Source: Candidatus Thorarchaeota archaeon
GTDB taxonomy: Archaea > Asgardarchaeota > Thorarchaeia > Thorarchaeales > Thorarchaeaceae
Length of the DNA: 22,972 nucleotides
Reading direction: 5' to 3'
NCBI GenBank assembly: GCA_048882385.1
Contig: JBHLRQ010000046.1
Span: forward strand, 1 to 22,972
The notes beneath the pieces are model-generated. The model saw only the letters and a program-made list of their open reading frames with translations. It did not search any database and had not been told where the DNA came from. Positions 18,743 through 22,972 of the stretch are shown here, piece by piece (position 1 is the stretch's first letter; each line of letters opens with the position of its first letter). Position numbers and translations under genes: made by a program.

Positions 18743-18765
18743 AAGAAATGGCGCTGCTGGTATCA
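18743..18765. repeat. tRNA-3'-end-like direct repeat, copy 3
   Basis: AAGAAATGGCGCTGCTGGTATCA, identical to copy 2. Confidence 0.9.
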
Positions 18766-18840
18766 AGTTTGATGCTGTAGTCAAGAAACCAAGAGAAGTA
18801 AGTTCTTCCATGTTTACAGCCTGTGAGAGTGTAACCCCAA

Positions 18841-18850
18841 AATATATTAA
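18841..18850 (+). promoter_or_regulatory. Candidate TATA box for the PRC-barrel gene
   Basis: AATATATTAA about 46 nt before the ATG; GGTGA RBS-like sequence just upstream of 18897. Confidence 0.5.
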
Positions 18851-18896
18851 CAATTGTTAAAACATCATCAAGAAGAAATCCTTTCGTGGTGAAACA

Positions 18897-19565
18897 ATGA
18901 AGTTATCCAAACCAGTATGCTGTCAAGAAATCAAAAACATGGACGTCGTGGATGCATCAGGTAAAACGATTGGAAAGATCTCGAATCTGACATTTACATT
19001 CGAAGGCTCACTGAAGCTCAAACATTTCATTCTTGGTGGATCAAGAGTGGAGGAGTTTCTTGAAGCCATCAATCTAAAACCAGATGAAGACCCTGTGTTT
19101 GAATCTACTGTAATCAAGAAAATAGATACCCACATTCATCTTGATACTTCTGTGAACGGTCTAAAGGATTTCCAGGATACAATCTCCGATGATGAGATAA
19201 AGTTCTCAGACCTTCAGAAACTGGAGATTGTTGATAAAAACGGCTCCAAAGTGGGACGTGCAATCAATGTGGATTTTGATTTAGACGGTCGTACAGCCTT
19301 GATAGCTGGTGGGGGTCTAATAGAAGAGAAGCTTGAAGCTTTTGGTCTGAAGGAAGACGTGGATATTATAGTACCTTTCAAGGTCATCGTTTCGATAGAT
19401 GAATCAATAAGACTCTCAGTTTCAAAAGATGAATTAGATACAAGTCTAGATGGGATACTAAGAGAACGAGTAAATGAAATCAGGTACCAAAGAGAGGCTG
19501 CTGCAGCCCAAAGCCATGGCAAAAAGGTACGAGTGCCTATCCACTGGCGCTATGGACGTGCATAA
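18897..19565 (+). CDS. Tandem PRC-barrel domain protein
   Basis: Two homologous halves: MDVVDASGKTIGKISNLTF...GGSRVEEFLEAINLKPDED and LEIVDKNGSKVGRAINVDF...GGGLIEEKLEAFGLKEDVD. Confidence 0.85.
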   Translation: MKLSKPVCCQEIKNMDVVDASGKTIGKISNLTFTFEGSLKLKHFILGGSRVEEFLEAINLKPDEDPVFESTVIKKIDTHIHLDTSVNGLKDFQDTISDDEIKFSDLQKLEIVDKNGSKVGRAINVDFDLDGRTALIAGGGLIEEKLEAFGLKEDVDIIVPFKVIVSIDESIRLSVSKDELDTSLDGILRERVNEIRYQREAAAAQSHGKKVRVPIHWRYGRA

Positions 19566-19655
19566 GAGCCTAGCACTTTCTGATTTCCGGATGCAAGACA
19601 ATGATGCCCCAGAAAGAAACCAATATGACGATATCTACGCGCATCTAAGAATAGG

Positions 19656-19685
19656 AAAGAAGGAATGGCGCCGCCGGGATTATGA
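19656..19685 (-). repeat. tRNA-3'-end-like direct repeat, copy 4 (most tRNA-like; att-like fragment)
   Basis: 19666-19681 reverse-complements to AATCCCGGCGGCGCCA, which parses as T-loop end (AAT) + 5-nt T-stem + 7-nt acceptor strand + discriminator A. It is followed on the minus strand by TTCCTTCTTTC. Confidence 0.8.
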
Positions 19686-19801
19686 TTTTGTTAATTCTGG
19701 TTTTATTCCATCCATGCAGATTTCAAAATCTTTTGAATTTCCTCAAGACTTTCCAGATATAATCTTCTACATTTACAACCTTAGGTGAATGACATAACAC
19801 C

Positions 19802-19820
19802 AAAAAAAGAAAGAAAGAGA
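19802..19820 (-). terminator. Oligo-T archaeal terminator after the surface protein gene
   Basis: Minus strand reads TCTCTTTCTTTCTTTTTTT, starting about 12 nt past the stop codon. Confidence 0.6.
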
Positions 19821-19831
19821 TTGTGTTAACT

Positions 19832-22651
19832 TCACACTTGAAAGTGTGCTTCAACAACAATCCCTTTGATTGCTTCAACTATACTGCTAAACGCAATACC
19901 TTCCACTATGACCTCAACTTGATAAATTCCTGCCTCGATGTTAATGAAGTAGTAGAAACCTTGTTCGTCTGTTGTTGTTTCCAAGAGAACTTGGCCTAGT
20001 TCATCCAGCAATTTCACCGTCACACCAGGAACGGGAAGCCCGTTTGCATCTCTGACATAGCCTGCAATTGCAGTGGTCTTCTTTAGGTTTCCAACTAAGC
20101 CAATCGAAGTATAATATGATCCGGCAAGCGAACTCCCAGGCACTGATAACGACCCACTCAATCCGGAAATCTCCGAAGTGAACGTGTAGCTCTTTATGAT
20201 GAAATCCGAGAGGGTTTCATAGAGATTACCTCTTAGGGCATATGTCAAATGAGCAATTATGTGCAATCTACTTCCCGAATCAAAATTCTCTACATATACA
20301 TTATTGTCAGTAATTATGCAATGTTCTGTTATCTCTATATCGTCAAGAAAAACGTGTATTGGATTAGTGCCCTGGAAAGCAAAGTCTGATGGTATGTCTA
20401 GAAGAACATTAAGGGCATCAACAGCTAGAGGCCAAGCGTTTTCAAGCTCTACATGATAGAAGAATTGACCAGGATTAGTGGCTACGAGCCTATATTCTCC
20501 TGATTTAGTCTTTGACATCACAATTCGAAAACTACTGAGCTCGTTTCCATCACCATCCGTGACATACGATTCAGACTTCAGACTTACTAATTGAACCGTG
20601 GTTGTATGAGTATCTTCAGTATTACCGACGTTGTCGGTACTGAAATATGAGATTGAGTAAGTTCCATCAGGACCATCTATTTTGAATCCATCAGTATAAA
20701 CGATCCATTCACCTTCGTCGATTCTGTAGTATGTTGCAGCAATACCTGAAACGTCATCTGACCGGTCTAGCGTAAACAGTGTCCCTGATGTGACATAGTA
20801 AAGAAATCCATCGGTATAATAAGGCTCCATTAACAACCCAGTTTCTGGGGCCTGTAAATCTAAGATGATCTGAACATCGAGCAACACTGACTCACGATCT
20901 TCAGGTCGATCATTGTCGTTGTCTTCAACATATACTGTTGCAGTGTATATCCCCGGATACAAAACTGCGATGTGCGGATTAAGGTCCGTGAATGTGTATC
21001 CATCAATCTGGACTAGGACTGTGCCAATGCCACTGGAGTCAGTTGCATCTATATCAATTGTGAACTGTATCTGATCTCCAGACATCTGAAGGTTCCCTAC
21101 CCAAAGTATTACAACAGGGGGATCAGAATCATCGTCGATTATTTCGAAGTAGAATGATTGAGTCGTTGAAAGCTGATCTCCGCCCCTATCATTGTCATTG
21201 TCCCAGATCTCAATCTCAGCACAATTGAGTCCCGGCGTTTTAGGACTTGGCACCTCTATCCAATAGTATCCATTAATGTAGTCCGCGTAGTATTTTATCC
21301 CATTGAATGCAATCCACCGATCAATGCCAGAGGAGTCAGCTGCCTGAATCCGAATCTGAAGGTAATCCTCGCTGTCATATATTGGTTCTGAAAAAATCTC
21401 TTGAATAACTGGTGGTGATGTGTCATCATCATATATGAAGAAGTTACACATATAGGATGTCGAAAGCTGGTCTCCTGGTCGGTCTTTGTCTGCGTCCCAC
21501 ACCTTTACCTCCACGGTGTGATCACCTGGCGTTCTTGGACTGTTTACACTAGCGCTGTACCAGTATGAGTAAATGTCCTCCAGAGTATATGGATCCCACC
21601 CAATGAGCTCACTATGGTCGTATTCGCTCTCATAGTTAACGCCGTTGAACGTTATCATATTATCAATGCCACTATCATCATCATAAGCGCAGACTTCTAT
21701 TGGGATTTGATCCATACTGTCTATGATTAGACTCGGACATTTGAATGGTTCAAACCATGGATTAACCATACTTGACTCAGGAATTACTGGTGGAGTAGAG
21801 TCATCATCTGTTGTGGATATGCTAAAGAACACTGTCGTGTAACGGTATCTTGCATTGTATGTGAATGGGGGCCATAGCAAAAGTTCATCATATCTCCATA
21901 AGACCTGAACAGCTAGATAATGCTCTCCTGGAGGCACACCTGTGCAGCTAGCGTGATAGACAACGAGCGGTAATGGCTGCTGTCCCCACACCCCTACTCC
22001 AAGGTCCCAATCAGACCCCAGAAAATTCCAATCTTGATCGAGTTCGGGAATATAGGGTAAGGTTTCATAGGGATATGGATCAAGGTAGCCATAGGGTCCG
22101 TAAGGACCTTTCATATCACTACCATCTATGAAGGTGTCTCCGCCCTCGGTATTTGTATCAGACTTGTCGTAGTCCACATACGCGTATACTCTGAATATGT
22201 GTTCTCCAAAGACCAAATTCTCAATAGAGAAGTCACAGGAGAAGGAAACGTCGGTCGTTGACCAAGTTAAAACTGGCCCTATAATAGGAGTCATATGTAT
22301 CTCCGAGAGAAGCTGGCTCTTCTCTTCGTCTGTATATGTCCCATTTGCCCATCCTTGGTACACTGATGCCTGTTTGTCTAATGTTTCAATCGTTATAGGA
22401 TCTGCCTGCTGGATGTCTGTATATGTCATATTTTTCCATTCTAAGAGAAAGCTCCTCCATTCCTCAAATGTCTGAGGTAGCCATGTGCTGTCCTCCGAAA
22501 TAGCTGAAGCACTCTGCGTTTCGAAACCAGTTTTGGTTTCTTGGTGTACTATAGACGAAAATGAGTTCTGCGAAAAAGCATGGCCTGCATAGACCAAGCC
22601 GGATGCAAGTAGCAAAAACCCAATTACCACTATAGTTCTCCTTCTTATCAT
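19832..22651 (-). CDS. Large secreted acidic protein with repeated Ig-like domains and a C-terminal carboxypeptidase-regulatory/CnaB-like domain
   Basis: Signal peptide MIRRRTIVVIGFLLLASGLVYAGHA; three DDD..PP...D.SGI...D.D.DR..D repeats; SDDVSGIAATYYRIDEGEW...YFSTDNVGN module; terminal IAGYVRDANGLPVPGVTVKL...TTTDEQGFYYF. Confidence 0.85.
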   Translation of the reverse strand: MIRRRTIVVIGFLLLASGLVYAGHAFSQNSFSSIVHQETKTGFETQSASAISEDSTWLPQTFEEWRSFLLEWKNMTYTDIQQADPITIETLDKQASVYQGWANGTYTDEEKSQLLSEIHMTPIIGPVLTWSTTDVSFSCDFSIENLVFGEHIFRVYAYVDYDKSDTNTEGGDTFIDGSDMKGPYGPYGYLDPYPYETLPYIPELDQDWNFLGSDWDLGVGVWGQQPLPLVVYHASCTGVPPGEHYLAVQVLWRYDELLLWPPFTYNARYRYTTVFFSISTTDDDSTPPVIPESSMVNPWFEPFKCPSLIIDSMDQIPIEVCAYDDDSGIDNMITFNGVNYESEYDHSELIGWDPYTLEDIYSYWYSASVNSPRTPGDHTVEVKVWDADKDRPGDQLSTSYMCNFFIYDDDTSPPVIQEIFSEPIYDSEDYLQIRIQAADSSGIDRWIAFNGIKYYADYINGYYWIEVPSPKTPGLNCAEIEIWDNDNDRGGDQLSTTQSFYFEIIDDDSDPPVVILWVGNLQMSGDQIQFTIDIDATDSSGIGTVLVQIDGYTFTDLNPHIAVLYPGIYTATVYVEDNDNDRPEDRESVLLDVQIILDLQAPETGLLMEPYYTDGFLYYVTSGTLFTLDRSDDVSGIAATYYRIDEGEWIVYTDGFKIDGPDGTYSISYFSTDNVGNTEDTHTTTVQLVSLKSESYVTDGDGNELSSFRIVMSKTKSGEYRLVATNPGQFFYHVELENAWPLAVDALNVLLDIPSDFAFQGTNPIHVFLDDIEITEHCIITDNNVYVENFDSGSRLHIIAHLTYALRGNLYETLSDFIIKSYTFTSEISGLSGSLSVPGSSLAGSYYTSIGLVGNLKKTTAIAGYVRDANGLPVPGVTVKLLDELGQVLLETTTDEQGFYYFINIEAGIYQVEVIVEGIAFSSIVEAIKGIVVEAHFQV

Positions 22652-22972
22652 TTCCGAATCCTCTCCCTTCTAACCCCTATCTCTAAGGGCCGTCTATACT
22701 ATAAACTAACTAGTTTAAAAATATAATCTCGAATGTTTCAAACATCAGTTTAATTAATGCAGAAGAATGTTATTGCCGAAATAATGCATCTGCTACAACC
22801 TCTGGATTTGTGAGATCGATACCAGTTTCTCGTTTGATTCATTCAGCGAGACTATTGTTTAGTTCCTCTTGGTCCTCACTCATATCTACCACAGTCCCTA
22901 CTACTTTTCAGTTCTAATACTCCGATATAAGCACGGTGCTACTCTTCGGTACGAACAGCAATGTTAATATTG

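Noticed and set aside
17393-19685. Repeats as a CRISPR array
   Set aside because: Spacings are 328-1022 nt and contain whole genes, and no cas genes are present.
17393-19685. Repeats as classical integron attC sites
   Set aside because: They are short and non-palindromic, and lack paired RYYYAAC/GTTRRRY boxes. The best copy instead matches tRNA 3'-end geometry.
19666-19750. Intact tRNA gene
   Set aside because: Only the last 16 nt are tRNA-like. The adjacent sequence is AT-rich, with no GGTTC, anticodon arm or GGCGCCG 5' strand.
19474-19788. 104-aa ORF containing EWRRRD
   Set aside because: It overlaps the PRC-barrel gene and runs through the tRNA fragment; WRRRD is just the antisense translation of the tRNA end.
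19683-19795. Gene remnant on the minus strand ending at repeat copy 4
   Set aside because: Only about 20-codon open stretches in two frames with no recognisable homology, so a pseudogene call is unsupported.

Overview
Archaeal genomic DNA. The gene content and style suggest an Asgard archaeon, probably Thorarchaeota-like (inference). The left part (1-~10.4 kb) is a dense housekeeping block: B12-binding radical SAM protein, a proteasome beta subunit lacking the catalytic Thr, NOG1 GTPase, RtcA, NMN adenylyltransferase, ProRS, a 2-hydroxyacid dehydrogenase, an HhH-MutS-like ATPase coupled to a Vps29/YfcE-like phosphoesterase, and a hypothetical protein. The right part (~10.5-23 kb) is a loosely packed accessory region: TIGR04076-like protein, cupin, ferredoxin-like protein, double Lrp/AsnC-like regulator, TPR protein, GNAT, membrane proteins, two Zn-ribbon paralogs, a double PRC-barrel protein and a large secreted Ig-repeat protein. 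The most notable signal is a ~22-25 nt direct repeat recurring between unrelated small genes at 17.4, 18.4, 18.75 and 19.67 kb, with weaker candidates at 13.37 and 22.77 kb. Its best copy reads on the minus strand as a tRNA 3' end (AATCCCGGCGGCGCCA) followed by a T-rich tract. This suggests a tRNA-anchored, integron-like array of gene cassettes. No integrase and no intact tRNA are present in the window.
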